Source: Lepidodermella squamata (Eukaryota; Animalia; Gastrotricha). From it: DNA of 64,000 nucleotides. Below the pieces are notes generated by a model, which was given only the letters and a program-made list of their open reading frames with translations, was not told where the DNA came from and ran no database searches. This document shows positions 12,471 through 25,662 of this stretch, in pieces; position 1 is the first letter of the stretch, and each line of letters begins with the position of its first letter. The position numbers and the translations under genes are program-made. The DNA lies in NCBI GenBank assembly GCA_047495785.1, contig JBLDXI010000017.1:2852001-2916000 (forward strand), given 5' to 3'.

Positions 12471-15138
12471 GTCTTGATTACCCGTTGAATACAAAAAATT
12501 GATGTCATAATAGACTATAAACCATCTATTGAAAAAAATGATGATCAATGAAGGGTAGAAAATTTCTGGCGAGGCACCGAGAAAGTAGATATTTGTTTGC
12601 AGAGAAAAGAAATAATATTTATGCTTCACGGGCTGACGTGTCATGATACCCACCTGTCTGATGATTACTACGAGAGTCTTCAAGAGTGTGAGTGAAAATG
12701 TGTGCTGAATGACACCGCTTACAGGTATTCCCCACGTTGTGTAGTAGTAATAACGTATGAGTAATATTTACTACGCCTGCTTTTAGTGTTGGTCGCTGGC
12801 GCGCGCGCTCTCTCTCTCTCTCCTGAAAACAAACAAAACGATGTTGTAGACATATTAAATAAATGGAAGCAGTCTTCAATGCCGCGACCAACTACTGCTG
12901 TGACAATGCCAGCAGGTCTGACGCAGTTTCTCTAGGTAAGTATATAGAGCTTAGAGGTAAGCTTATCTATGCCAGAATTTGGTCTTTTCGCATTAAAAAC
13001 ACCGAAACACTGCGCAAGCGCGTACGCAAAATTAAATCTGCCCTCCAATATTATTGCACGTCCATTGCGGTGAAACAGTGAGACAACAATAGCGATTGCC
13101 GCGCTGGCGTTTCGGCGTTCATCGGCGCTTGCGTTGCCGCAGCTTTTAGGTGGCTAAATACAATTTAGAAACACCGCACCGGCGATGGTCAAGTATAAAT
13201 AATAACGCGTATATTATATATTGTCTTCTTCGCCTTGTACGCTAACTCGGTGTTTGCGTGAGCGAGGAGGATGCTCAGGCGGTGTTCTCCACGATAATTG
13301 CAAGAGACAATACTAACTATATAAATAAAGCGTTGTTGCTAAGGCCGTCAACAACACAAGCACGGCTGAACGGGCTTCAACAAAGCCGCAATATTAGCGC
13401 AAACCAACAACGCAAGGTGAAAAATGCAATCGAAAAGTTATTATCTCAACGCGCTCAGTAATTTTTTTATTATTTTCATTATTGATTAGTAAGTGTTGCT
13501 TAAGCAGTTGCGGAACCTCGCCTTATCATAACATTATCGCCATGCTCCTAGTAAAACAAATGCTAAGAACAATAATAATTTCAATAAGCACGAAGGCACC
13601 CATGCCGAGATTAGTGTCACGATTTGAAAACAACATGACCGCTATATAATGTGAAATATTACAATATAACCGAATATAATGTAAAATATTTCCGTCTTTT
13701 CTCTCCGTCATCTCTGAAGATTTGCATTTTCGTCAAATTCACACCCATGACAGACGTTCTCCTTTAATAATAGTATTATAACAGACTTGCTTTTTGATCG
13801 GCGTCCGATATAGTCGATCATCTTCATCGAGTTACGATGCGCTCTCTGGGCCTTAAATTTGTTACTATCAGCGCAAATATTTCTCATGATTGCATTATAA
13901 ATTATTATAACAACCCGTGCTAATGAGCTACCCGAGCAAATAATAATAGAAGCGCTATATGAGCAATATTCCTCCCGTCGGTACACATCATTGTTATAGT
14001 AAATTGCGGCAAAAAGCGCATCAGGGCGGCCCGCCTTGTGCCGTCACATGACGCCGCGCGGCCTTCTGCGCGCACGAGAGTGAACGACATTTTTCACAAC
14101 CCTCGGCGCGACACTTTGTTGTTATAGCGTGTACAGGTTTATTTCTGCAATACACGCTTTCATTCACAAAGCCAGACTAATTCATCGGCCTTACGTTGCA
14201 TGTACCTGCGTATCAGGCTGCTGTGGCACTTGAGCGTAGTCGCGAATATCTGAACCAAGACACACATAAATATTGTATTTTGTTTCGCTGCGATCCCCAG
14301 AGACGACTACTACATATTCTACCATAATGCGTATTTTATTCATGAATGAAACTAGGTACTTATATGTGCTGTATTCATTCCATAATATAGGACCACATAT
14401 TTATCATACAACGGTGTATTTCGTAAGAATACACCATACTCATACTGTTAAAGCATTTATTGAGGTATTTTTCGTAATTTTTACGTTGTTCTCAGTGCTT
14501 GTGTATTACTGCATAGCAGCAGTAAAAAGCCGCCTCTTGGCAACAAACAAAGCCAAAAAGTAAAACTAGCTCCTAAGCGCACACTTCCTGATAATATTAG
14601 CCCTATATATGGTCAATATATATTATATTTTATATCACTATTAGGATAATATTAGTCCGCGTGGCGTGCCTCTGATGACCGAAACGTCACACGCTTTATT
14701 ATTATTAGGCGTAACGATCGATAATTTACCTGCCTAGCCACTGCCGCATATTCGATCGCGATGGCAATGATCCTAAATACAGCATGCGAAGGCTTTTTGT
14801 ATTCTCATCAAGTTTATTCCTAGGTATATAATAGGAATGTGTTCGTCGTATAGCATTTCCCCCAAGATTTGTCAAAAGTAGGAAAGGGCAAACGCTGTTG
14901 AACTTAGCTATGTAGCGTTAAAGGAAATCTTGAATGCTTGTAGAACTGAAGACTTGAGTCTAGTTATGTATCTAGTAGGCTTTATAAAGGAAATATTAGT
15001 TTTTATTAAAAAATTCCATCTTAAAATAATATTTCGATTCTATAAATTTACCTATATAGGAAAAGGCTGTTAAAATGTTACTTTCACACAGTGTTCCAAA
15101 ATTAAGCTGATGACTTCTGTCATGCCGTAAGCTATTAA

Positions 15139-16721
15139 ATGCTGCGAACTATCGGCGCAGATTCGATAGTGCGTTGCTGTTGTCTGCCAGTTCGATGTTG
15201 CCGGCTCGGTTGCAGTCTAACAAAGACTTGCTTATCTCGAACGCGCCAATGCTTGCCTATTGCAGCCCGACTAGCATACAAAATCGTTCGATCTCGTCTT
15301 TTCATCGCAATTGCCCTGTCGATACTGGCGATATTCGGCCTTTCACGCTTCATGTCATTCACGTTTTTTCACTACTTCACAATATTCGATGGCGTGACGA
15401 TGAAAGTGGCCGACACTGAGACTATGGCTTTGCTGACCCAGCAGAATAATCAACGGGTGTTAAGAGCTCATAATCATTTAACGACATACAATTCAAGCAA
15501 ACCGAAAAAGAAACTTATCCAACTGTTGAAACCGGGCCCTGCTAAAGATTTAGCTATCACTATTGTGACTATTGACCGCATACAGTACTCGATCTCAACG
15601 CGGCCCCGGTATTTCACGCAAACGGTGTCACGGTTGTTGCGGGAACTCGAAGAATATTACGCCGACGAACTTTCAGAAGAACCAAACCGTGAGAAAGTTA
15701 CCAAGCCGGTGCGACAAAAGTTGAACATCGAACTTATTTTCTGTTCCGTCGACATTCTACCGTTCATCAACGATGAACTTGGATATGTTGCCAATGTGAC
15801 CACGATTGAGACATTAAGGCGGTTCACCTACGGCCACCCAGCCCCGCCCGGGTATATACAGCTCATAAATAGATACGAACGCGAAAAGCAGGACTACAAT
15901 TACTGCCTAAACAGCTCTTTCCACTTACCAGCTCACAATGGAGAAAATCCAGGGTAAATTAAAACACTTCAAATGCAATAAAAATTATTATAATTTGTTC
16001 ATATTTCTATAGCTATGTTTTGCTGCTGGAAGATGATGCTCCGCCCATCTCGAATTATTTTCAATTAATAGAAGACCTGATACGGAACAGGCTTGATCGC
16101 CACAGTTATGGCTCTGGTGCTGCCAGCGATTCGGCCGCTCAAATTCGAGCTAATCGCGATGAATTGCTCTACATAAAATTATTCCATCCAGGAAATTTGC
16201 TAGAATTTCACTCGATTGCCCGCGAGCGTATTCCTCAACTTCTTGCGGTCGCTTTCTTCTTTGCGAGTTTTGCGTGGTTCATTTACGTCTACGTCTCGCC
16301 GTTGGCCCTGCCACGACTTTCACCGGCTGTGTTTTCTTGGAAAATCTTCAGCCAAATTTTCGTTTATTTCGTCGCTATTTGCCTGGTTATCGGCCGGCCA
16401 AATATTGTCTTTCATTACCAAAATTTCATGGTCAACAACTTTGGGATAGTAACGCTAGTCCCAGCTCCGTCTTGCTGCACGCCTGCGATCCTCTACCCAG
16501 ACACGGCTGTTCCGATTGTAACTGACTACATCCAGGGCAGCAGTTGTTTCGAAGGTTTCGCTAAAGATGGCGTTCTGGACAACCTTAGAGATGGGCCATG
16601 GTCGGCTGGCCGCAGCGCTTGGCTAGTGCAACCGAATTTGCACCATCACATCGGGCAGTTCTCGGTGGTTCGAAGTCGTGAGAACGGCAATTATCGCCAA
16701 TTTCTCGGTATAGATTATTGA
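15139..16721 (+). CDS. PGAP4: PGAP4/TMEM246-like, paralog B
   Basis: Exons 15139-15953 and 16013-16721; EREKQDYNYCL, YVLLLEDDA, KLFHP, PAPSCCTPAILYP, QPNLHHHIG. Confidence 0.87.
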
Positions 16722-16995
16722 TTTTATTGGATCTTCGCAGCAAATAATTATCTTCATATATATATTATACACACAATGGTACCTATTTTTCTCTCGATTT
16801 GTGCACGACATTATTGTTGATGTTTGAAATTTTACAACTTTCTTAAATTAATTACGACGCTTCCAAGTAAAAAATAAAATTATTCCAGCTCTTTCGGAAT
16901 TTCGGCGCTGGTATGAGAAATGAAAAATAAAATAATAACATTCGGAAAACCGTTTGCGTCTTCAAATTAAAAAAATAAATTAAAATAATAACAAG

Positions 16996-17000
16996 AAAAA
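16996..17000 (-). terminator. RNA polymerase III oligo(T) terminator of the tRNA-Phe gene
   Basis: TTTTT on the - strand 4 nt downstream of the tRNA 3' end. Confidence 0.7.
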
Positions 17001-17004
17001 GGTC

Positions 17005-17077
17005 CGCCGAGACCCGGGATCGAACCAGGGACCTTTAGATCTTCAGTCTAACGCTCTCCCAACTGAGCTATCTCGGC
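17005..17077 (-). tRNA. tRNA-Phe (GAA)
   Basis: Reverse complement GCCGAGATAGCTCAGTTGGGAGAGCGTTAGACTGAAGATCTAAAGGTCCCTGGTTCGATCCCGGGTCTCGGCG: full cloverleaf, anticodon GAA, intact A and B boxes. Confidence 0.97.
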
Positions 17078-17452
17078 ACTTGAAAATAAGTGGCGGGAAA
17101 ATGAACTACACTGACTAACCAATAAAGCCCGCACGCGCAGCTGATACTATGAAGTAAACTTGATATTTACTATGTGAAAGGCGTCTCAAGTCACAGGCAT
17201 GGTCTTCATCCTCTGGTTTATTCCCGAAGTCGGCGCGGGTCAAATAGAAAATTATTGTGATCGAGTTGATGCGCACGATGATCGGCATAAAAAACGCAAC
17301 GACTATTACAAGCGCTGAATCATCACATAAAACTGAATCAATCCGAGCCAATTTTTTTTTCTATGCCCATGTCAAAAATCGCCTGTTTAAGATGCGGCCT
17401 TCTGTGAATGACATGACACAGTATTCAGAAAAATTGTTCTCAAACCTAAGCC

Positions 17453-18832
17453 ATGCTTTCTCCATTTTATTGGTGCTGCAATCCTCTGAGATCGCCAATT
17501 CTCCTGGGAATAGTTGCAACTGCTGTGATAATACTCGGTTGCTCTCGGTACATGTGTTATACCGTATTTCATTACTACACCCTTTTCGATGATCAAACAT
17601 TACGAATTTCGGACTCGGCACTCAGACCCGCGATTTATGAAGAGAATCGGATCCGACTCAACAAATCCCTCCAGTACCTGGATTCCTTTCAAACGAGTGA
17701 ACGGAAGGAAAAACTTGCAACCTTAATCAAACCTTGGCCAGACAAGGATGTTTTTGTAACTATCGTTACCAAAGATAGGTTCGATGTACGCAATAACTCG
17801 AGACCTGGCTATTTCACTCAAGTAATTGCAAAGCTGCTCATGGAGCTGGAATCCTATTACAACCGAAGCCGACCAAAGTTGCAAATAGGTCTTGTAATTT
17901 GTAACGTTGATCCGATTCCTTCTCTCAACGTCGAAATGCTGAGCGTAGTCGGAAAAACAGCACTGCCTGTGATATATATTTCTGAGATTTCGGGTGCCAA
18001 TTTACCCGGCGAAACGGTTGATCGCTTTAAACGAGAGCGAATTGACTACGGGTTTTGCTTAAACGCTTCATTCAATTTCAACGTTCAAAGAAATGAAACT
18101 CCTCGGTACGTGAATATTTTCGGTTTTAAAGCATCACTTATGATTTTTTTTCCTAGCTACTTACTAGTGCACGAGGACGACGCTTTGCCAGTCAAGGGGT
18201 ATTTCTCATTTCTGGAGAACATTATTTTCAATATGATGGATAAAAAAGCTCAACACGAAGAGGCAAAATCTAGTCGAGACGAATTTCTATTTGTAAAATT
18301 GTTCCACCCTGATGCCATGCTGCCTTTTCACGCTCTCGATCCCGAGCGATTGCCGCAATTGGCGGCAGTTGGCCTTATTTTGGCTTCGATAACATTGAGC
18401 CTCAGGGCGTTGGTAGGAAAACTCTTCAAGCTCAATGCTAATCCCCTACCTCACCTCGGCCTATCGCTGAAAGTTTGGCTATATTTTACAATTTTCGCTC
18501 TGCTGCTCGGTCGGCCGAACATCGTCAGATTCCATCAAAAATTCCTCGCTAATGTTTTTGGCCTAGTGACATTCGTGCCAGCTCCGTCTTGCTGCACACC
18601 AGCGATTTTGTTTCCTGACTCGGCTATTGGCACTGTTGTTGACAGCTTGATGAATCCAATTAATACTGACGACGAAATTGCTAAAGATAAAGTTCTTGAT
18701 CGGCTGAGATTCACACCGAAACGAAGCGCTTGGTTGGTTCAGCCAAATTTGCTCGATCATATAGGATGTTTCTCAGCGGTTCGAGGTCAAGAAGATGAAA
18801 GCTTCAGGCAATATCTTGGAATTCCACTATAA
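17453..18832 (+). CDS. PGAP4: PGAP4/TMEM246-like, paralog C
   Basis: One open frame containing a 51-nt GT-AG intron (18106-18156) at the same position as in paralogs B and D; ERIDY, HEDDA, KLFHP, PAPSCCTPAILFP, QPNLLDHIG. Confidence 0.87.
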   Translation: MLSPFYWCCNPLRSPILLGIVATAVIILGCSRYMCYTVFHYYTLFDDQTLRISDSALRPAIYEENRIRLNKSLQYLDSFQTSERKEKLATLIKPWPDKDVFVTIVTKDRFDVRNNSRPGYFTQVIAKLLMELESYYNRSRPKLQIGLVICNVDPIPSLNVEMLSVVGKTALPVIYISEISGANLPGETVDRFKRERIDYGFCLNASFNFNVQRNETPRYVNIFGFKASLMIFFPSYLLVHEDDALPVKGYFSFLENIIFNMMDKKAQHEEAKSSRDEFLFVKLFHPDAMLPFHALDPERLPQLAAVGLILASITLSLRALVGKLFKLNANPLPHLGLSLKVWLYFTIFALLLGRPNIVRFHQKFLANVFGLVTFVPAPSCCTPAILFPDSAIGTVVDSLMNPINTDDEIAKDKVLDRLRFTPKRSAWLVQPNLLDHIGCFSAVRGQEDESFRQYLGIPL

Positions 18833-18987
18833 CTTTTAATTCATAAATAATAAACATTGCGCTGGTACCTTTTGTTTGGTCAGTGGAATCGTGCTGCCAT
18901 GAGAAAAATAAACGCGCACCAAAGAAGCTCAAAATAGTCACAAAAATAATTACATTTTCGTGATAATTTAACCACTCATCACGTAAA

Positions 18988-20487
18988 ATGATTCTCACTC
19001 AAAGTATCCGTAATTATTTTGGAAGAGCTTACACGTTATTAACTTGGAAATCGGTAGCTGAAGCAGCAGCGATAGCCAATCGATATTTGAGGCGGCTACC
19101 AATTTTAATATTAACATCCAACCTGTTTCTGGTGACTGCTGTCTCGATTCTCGTTATTCTCGGCTTATCGAGATTCATGTCTTTCACATTTTTTCATTAC
19201 TTCTCGATTTTCGACCCTATAACCCAGCGAATCGGGGACAACGGCACTACACTTTACTTAGTCGAGCAAAACAACGAACGTCTCCGGCAAGCCGATAAAT
19301 ATCTTTCCAACTACAGCACAAGCGTCGTTAAGCAGAAAATTTCAGATTTAATAAAACCTGGGCCAAATAAGGACATCGCAATAGTTATAATAACTATGGA
19401 ACGCTTTCAGCTATCGACTGGCTCCAGGCCCAACTACTTCACACAAACAATCGCCAAATTTTTACAAGAACTGGAGTTATATTATTCAAGTGGCGGCAAC
19501 CAACAGGACAAGCTTAATCTTGAATTGGTGACTTGTCAAGTTGATACACACCCTGAATGGAACGATGAAGTGCAGCGGGTCGAGAAGCTAACTTCCGTCT
19601 CAACTTTGAGACGTTTTGGCGAAGATAATCCCGTTTCGATAAACTATACACGGATGAACAACAGATTTGAGCGCGAGAAACAAGATTACCTGTTTTGCCT
19701 GAATTCAACCTATCATCTGCCAGACCATCAAGGAGAAAACCCAGGGTAAGAGCCTTTGAGTTGGATATTTTATTGCTTCATAACTAATTTAACCCATAGT
19801 TATGTGTTGCTCGTTGAAGACGACGCTCCTCCTATCGATGGCTATTTCAAGCTTCTCGAAAATCTTGTCAGAAATAGCTTGGACCGACGTCGATACGGAA
19901 CTTTAGAGGCCGATGAAGCGCAATCAGTGTTCAGCAATCGAAACAAAACGCTCTACGTCAAGCTTTTCCACCCCGATCACTTGTTAGAGTTTCACGCAGC
20001 GACATCGCCTGAACGCATTCCCGAACTAATAGCAATATCGTACCTAATTACTTGGCTGCTATTTTTTACTATTAGTATCTGGCGATGTCAATATCAAAAC
20101 TCTAAATTTGCCCTCTCATGGTCCAAGTTTTTCCAAGTTTTCGTATATCTAGTCATTATGCTCTTAGCTCTCGGTAGGCCGAACATATCTTTTCCAATCA
20201 AGAGGTTTCTGTCAGACTATTTAGGTATTTATACTCTGGTTCCGGCTCCCTCATGCTGTACACCATCTGTTTTGTACCCTAATACGTCAATAGAAGGAAT
20301 ATCTCATTGGATGAACGTTTTGCAAAGCGAACAAAGTTTCCCCAAGGATGGTATACTGGATTCTCTAAGAGTAGGTTCGAGCCGATTTAAACAATCTTAC
20401 CTTATTGAGCCCAACCTGCATCGCCATATCGGCCACTTCTCCGTTATTCACAACGCAGAAAACTCGAACTATCGGCATTTCATGTAA
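18988..20487 (+). CDS. PGAP4: PGAP4/TMEM246-like, paralog D
   Basis: Exons 18988-19745 and 19800-20487; EREKQDYLFCL, YVLLVEDDA, KLFHP, PAPSCCTPSVLYP, EPNLHRHIG. Confidence 0.87.
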
Positions 20488-20729
20488 AAATTTATTATCA
20501 TCTAGTAATTTCATTTTGGAATAAACAATAATTATAGGTCTAACATTTTATCGCATAAAATAATTGATATTACTGTTTTGTTGCCGCAATCTCTTACGGT
20601 TTTTAACAACATAAATCACATCATATGAATAGAGAAGTGCATTTCAGATATATTCTTAGAATAAAATTTGGCTCATCAACCATCGCGTTTTTCCAATGTC
20701 ACACAGCAGCAAATCTAACAAGAACCTCC

Positions 20730-23542
20730 TCAGTCGACTTGTGGGTTGTGCTTGAATAAATATTCGGCCTGAAAACCAGAGGTCGGCATGAGAAATATAT
20801 CTGTGGTTCAGATTAATCAACTTACGACGAAATCGACGGGATCTTCAGGTCGGAGCCTGACACATTCCACTAGAGATTGCGTTAGCGTCGGCATCACATT
20901 TTTCATCAGGTAATGCCTCAAAGGTAGAGACTGAGTTTCCAGCATTTCGAGCTGTTCACGTCGAATCGCTTCAACTTTTGCAGCCTAAGATAATTTTCGC
21001 ATAATTATGTCGCTTTTGAGCGAATAAATGTCTTACCCAATCTTCTTGTCGGCGCTTCCTCTGCTCAGACTCTTTAGATTCATTTTCTTCACGTTCACGC
21101 TTTTCTGCCTCCTCTTTGACGCGCTTCTCTTCATCCTCCAGCTGCTTTTTGAAAGCAACTTCCTCGGGTGTCGGGCCGTAATTTCTTGGATTGCCAAAGA
21201 GCTTTTTGAGCTTTTCAACAGTTTCTCGGCACATTTCTGATCTGTCACGACTAACATCTGAAAAAAGCAGAATGATAAATCATAGAACACGTCTCATGTG
21301 GCTCAAGCAAACCGATATGTTCAGGATGAATTTCAAACTCATCGAAGTAGTTCAGAACGGTGTCGTCCTCAGTATTGATGTTGCGAAAATTTTCGATTCT
21401 CCGGCTAAAAGCTTCTTCCGTTAGATTGGTACCCTGCACCACACGTTCGGGAAGATTGATGACGCGATCGCGCAAGAAATCGTCAGGGGCATCCAATGCA
21501 ACGATGAAATCTGGCATGAGAAGCTTGTTGAACGATTTGGCCTCCTCCTCCTCTCCGTTATCCTCCTCGGCTGAAATAAAACAATGATACTTTTTACATT
21601 GCAGTGGACGAATAACAAACTTACGGGCAAAAAGTTCCTGAGCTTGTTCTCTAATTTTCGGGTAGCCATCCAGAATGAAGCCTTGATTCTGGCAAGGTTT
21701 CGACATAAGCTTTTCTCGGAAAAACTTGATGATATATTGATCCTCGATGCGGCCAGTGTTCTGTATCTGCTCCTTAACGGCATCTAGGGTATCCTGGTCC
21801 TCAGCAGCTTTCGCTGCGGCATCTTCATCGCCACCTTCTTCTTCGCCTTCAACAATGTCGACTCGGGCTACACTTCTTTCAAGTCGTTGCATCGCCTCGT
21901 CAATGACACTCTTGGCGTGGATGTGATGAACTTTGTAGTGAAGTGCTAACTGCCTAGAAATAGTTGACTTTCCACTGGCAGGAGGGCCATGGACTAGAAC
22001 TCGCAATGGCTGGAAGAGAGAAGCAATTAATTTAGACAAAGAAAATGTTATGATTTTTTACAGCTAATTTTCTTGTGTCCTTGAACTCCTTGACAATCGC
22101 GCCGATGTTTTCGACCAAGCCTCCTTCATATTTCCATCTCACATTCAAGCCATCTTTGACTGTTGTTGGTTCCATTCGCAAATCGACGGATAGCAAATCG
22201 AAGTCTTGTTGCTAAATAGGTCAAGAAATTATTATTCGAATACACTACGGTTGAAAATTTCTTACCGATAGATTTTTGTCAAGAGTAGCTTCCTCCTTCG
22301 GAATACGTTTGATTTTTCCAGTGGTCAGCGTAACACTTATGGCCTTAAAAACATAAAAGGTCACAAATAGAGAAAAATATATTTTCGCGAACATACTTTG
22401 ACTATTTCCTCTTGCGAATGCTTCGAACTATCGACAGCCAAAATGTACCGCACTTTTGGTTTCAAATCAATGACATTCTGCACGACCCTGTAAAAGTGAT
22501 GTTATAGTTTTAGCCAACAGTCGACTGAACAACACTTACACGGCGAGGTCGGTCACGTAAATAGTTGGGAGAACGTTTGTACCATCTCCAATTATGTGCA
22601 ATTCTGACATATTATGCCACGCAGACTTCAAAAAATAGTGAAACACATTTTCTCCCATCCCGTATGTCAAGCCTGCGGCAATGATGTAAGTTGATAAACT
22701 CTTTTTGGCCTTGAAAATATGGAAATGTTATGGTTAGTATTATCAATCAGCTACAACATACTCTCTTTGCAGCCTTCACGAGGGCTTTCTCAGCGGCACA
22801 ATGTTCGAGAAAATTAGGATGAGGCTTTCGACGCCTGTAGTCTTCTTCAGTAAAGGGAACTTCCTTGTCTTCCTGTTCAAATAACAACAATAAAATCATA
22901 TAGCCGATCGCATTATGGCATTCTAACTGGATCCGGCTGTTTGCTGCGGGCCCACGTCATAACAGTCGATACTAACACGAAAACCTTCGTTTTTTCCATT
23001 GTTTCAGCCACATTCGCCAAATCTGATGAACAAAACGTGAGAATTGACAAATAAGAGTGTATTATATATAATTTGCTACTAACGATTCATAACTGTAACA
23101 GCTTCTTCAACTTGGCCCAGGTTGTCATTAATATCATAGATGATAACATCGAATTCCATGATATGCTCCAGTAAATCATTTTTCGATTCATACTGAAAAA
23201 TAGGATGTTCTGAATTAAGAAGCACGAGCGCGTGTAATGAATACCTTCAATATTTCGTCGACAAAAGCCGGCTTTGCATACAATGGGTCTTTTGTGGTAC
23301 CAGAGACTTTATATCGACCTTCTTGTAGCTTAACCTGATCTTGTTGCTGTTCCTCTTCTTCAGCTGCCTCTTCTTCTCCTCCCTCAAGAGCGGCGCCCAC
23401 GACGCACGTCGAGAGATACTAAAGAAACATTTTGTTTGCAAGCCTCTGCTCATTAGAGCAAAATTATTACCTTTGCGAGATTGTAGGATTCATATGTATC
23501 GATTTGGTTAATGAAAATGCGTTTGCTATCGCCCTTCGTCAT
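20730..23542 (-). CDS. AK7: Adenylate kinase 7 (multi-exon)
   Basis: ATG 23542 ([17 protein letters not shown]); N-terminal domain with STVMTWA and [11 protein letters not shown]; P-loop GPPASGKS; [13 protein letters not shown]; coiled coil; C-terminal Dpy-30 motif [32 protein letters not shown]. Confidence 0.93.
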
Positions 23543-24207
23543 TCCGGTTACTATTTATTCTCTATTAAAGTCTAAATAGATGAAAAAATGGGTTTTTTTA
23601 ACGATGAGGTAACGGAGCTTCCAAATCTAGACAACAAGGCTCCATGCAGTTTTTGTGACTCAAATTCAGGGGGTTTTCTTCCAAAGCCGCAGAAGCAAAC
23701 CCGGCATATATTCAGGGCCCCAACAAAATAATATTTGGGATTTGCCAGGAATGCAACAACCTGGTAGTTATCTATGATAGATGAAATTATTATGCGATTT
23801 CGAGCGCATTAATAACTATCTTGAAAAATGAACAAGTCAAATGAATCGTGAAATGACCGTAAGATCATTCCTGTATGCTATCTATCAGATAGCAAATTGT
23901 AGCTAGCATACTGCAAAGATCAGTCTTAGGGGTTCATAAATGACAAATGGCCAAGTTTAGTGGACGAGATGATGCATGAATAAGTGGTATCTCTGAGAAT
24001 CCATCGATCATCCTGAATCCTGACGTGAAAATGTTCGCTCTCAGATAAACATTTAATACCGCAGTTAACTGGCGATCTAGGCTTTTCTCATATTAGTGCC
24101 CTAATTCCACCTCGATGTGCTATGTCCAGCTTCTCCAGCGATTTTTTCAGCGTCGGCTTCTAAGCGGAATGAATTTTAGTAGGGACCAACCGATCTATAC
24201 ACCACGC

Positions 24208-24220
24208 GTTGCTAGGCAAT
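24208..24220. promoter_or_regulatory. Candidate RFX X-box upstream of AK7
   Basis: GTTGCTAGGCAAT, one mismatch from the 13-bp X-box GTTGCTAGGCAAC, ~670 bp upstream of the ATG of a motile-cilia gene. Confidence 0.5.
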
Positions 24221-24779
24221 ATAGAAAAATGCAAAATATATAATTTGATTATGCATACAATTTATTATTATATTCCGTCATTTTTTTATTTTATCGTCAT
24301 AATGAAATGAATGATGCTCCCAAACTGACGATTTTTTTCAGTCTCGGTTTGTCTTTCAGGTTAGGATGATTTTTCGATCTTACATGATTTATCTCATGGC
24401 CAAGAACCGTCATCCTTTGTCCACTTCGTATTTATTAGTTTGTGATTTTCATTTTTGGATACCACTTTTGGTACTATAGTGCAGAATGATTATAATGTGC
24501 ATTCTGATGTGATGTATAGTTAATAAAGTTCACAAGGCGTAATGCAAATGAAACTCACTCCGAGCCCAGCAAAGCTTTTGTCCACCTCCGAACTTTTTGT
24601 TTTCGATTTGCGATTTGATTGGCGTAACTATGATTGACTGTGGTAGAGTATTGTGCTTTAACAATGAATTTCATTTATTCCATTGACTTGAGAAACATTA
24701 TCCTATACACAATCAATACGAATTAATGATTTGTCAATTGTTGATCAGATTTTAGGTTATCTTATATTGAAAAATCGTC

Positions 24780-25662
24780 ATGAATCCGGAATAGTAAGCA
24801 ATTGAATAATAATTTTATAGCTGTCTATATCTGTCTGTTTAGCGATTACCTGTTCAAGCTTCTCCTCATCGGAGACTCTGGCGTCGGCAAGTCGTGCCTG
24901 CTTCTCAGATTTGCGGTATTTGATCTCTTGTCGTCGTTCTTGCTCTCTTAATTACACTTCATTGATTATAGGATGACACGTACACTGAGAGCTACATCAG
25001 CACAATTGGCGTTGACTTCGTAAGATGCTTAGATGTGTTCCTACCTGCTGTGGTCACCCACTTATTATTTTCTTAGAAAATTCGAACCATCGAGCTAGAG
25101 GGGAAGTGCATTAAACTCCAGATTGTAAGTAATTGATCATTGCCGCTATCAGTATCTCAGATTATCTTACGCAGTGGGATACCGCTGGTCAAGAGCGATT
25201 CCGCACTATCACGAGCAGCTACTATCGTGGAGCTCATGGCATCATCATTGTGTACGATGTCACCGACCAGGATTCTTTCAACAATGTGAAAAATTGGCTG
25301 CAAGAAATTGATCGATATGCCAGTGAGAATGTCAACAAACTGCTTGTCGGCAACAAGTGTGACTTGGTGTCAAAGAAAGTCGTTGATTTCAATACGGCCA
25401 AGGTTTTACAATTTAGAGTATCCTATTCATTAATTAATTCATTGCTAACTTACCTTAGGAATTCGCTGACAGTCTTGGTATTCCATTCCTCGAAACTTCC
25501 GCTAAGGAATCTAAAAACGTCGAACAAGCTTTTCTAACCATGGCTGCTGAGATCAAGAAGCGGCATCACGGTCCTCAGACTGCAGCCCCGGTGCGACCTG
25601 GAGGACAAACTGTCAACATTCACAGTAGTCAACCGGTGCAGCAAAAGAGTGGATGCTGCTGA
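24780..25662 (+). CDS. RAB1: Rab1 GTPase (6 exons)
   Basis: [51 protein letters not shown] stop; five short GT-AG introns. Confidence 0.97.

Noticed and set aside
13258-13461. 67-aa ORF between divergent PGAP4 paralogs
   Set aside because: GTG start, no splice context and no recognisable motif.
18106-18156. In-frame stop-free introns (here 51 nt; also AK7 ~21571-21624, groucho 35173-35226, channel 62380-62430) that make ORFs read through
   Set aside because: With dozens of ~50-nt introns, a handful of 3n stop-free cases is expected by chance; paralog and family alignment shows they are ordinary introns.
24365-24415. GGATGA...TCATCC imperfect hairpin in the AK7/RAB1 gap
   Set aside because: Central pairing is poor; no RNA family features.
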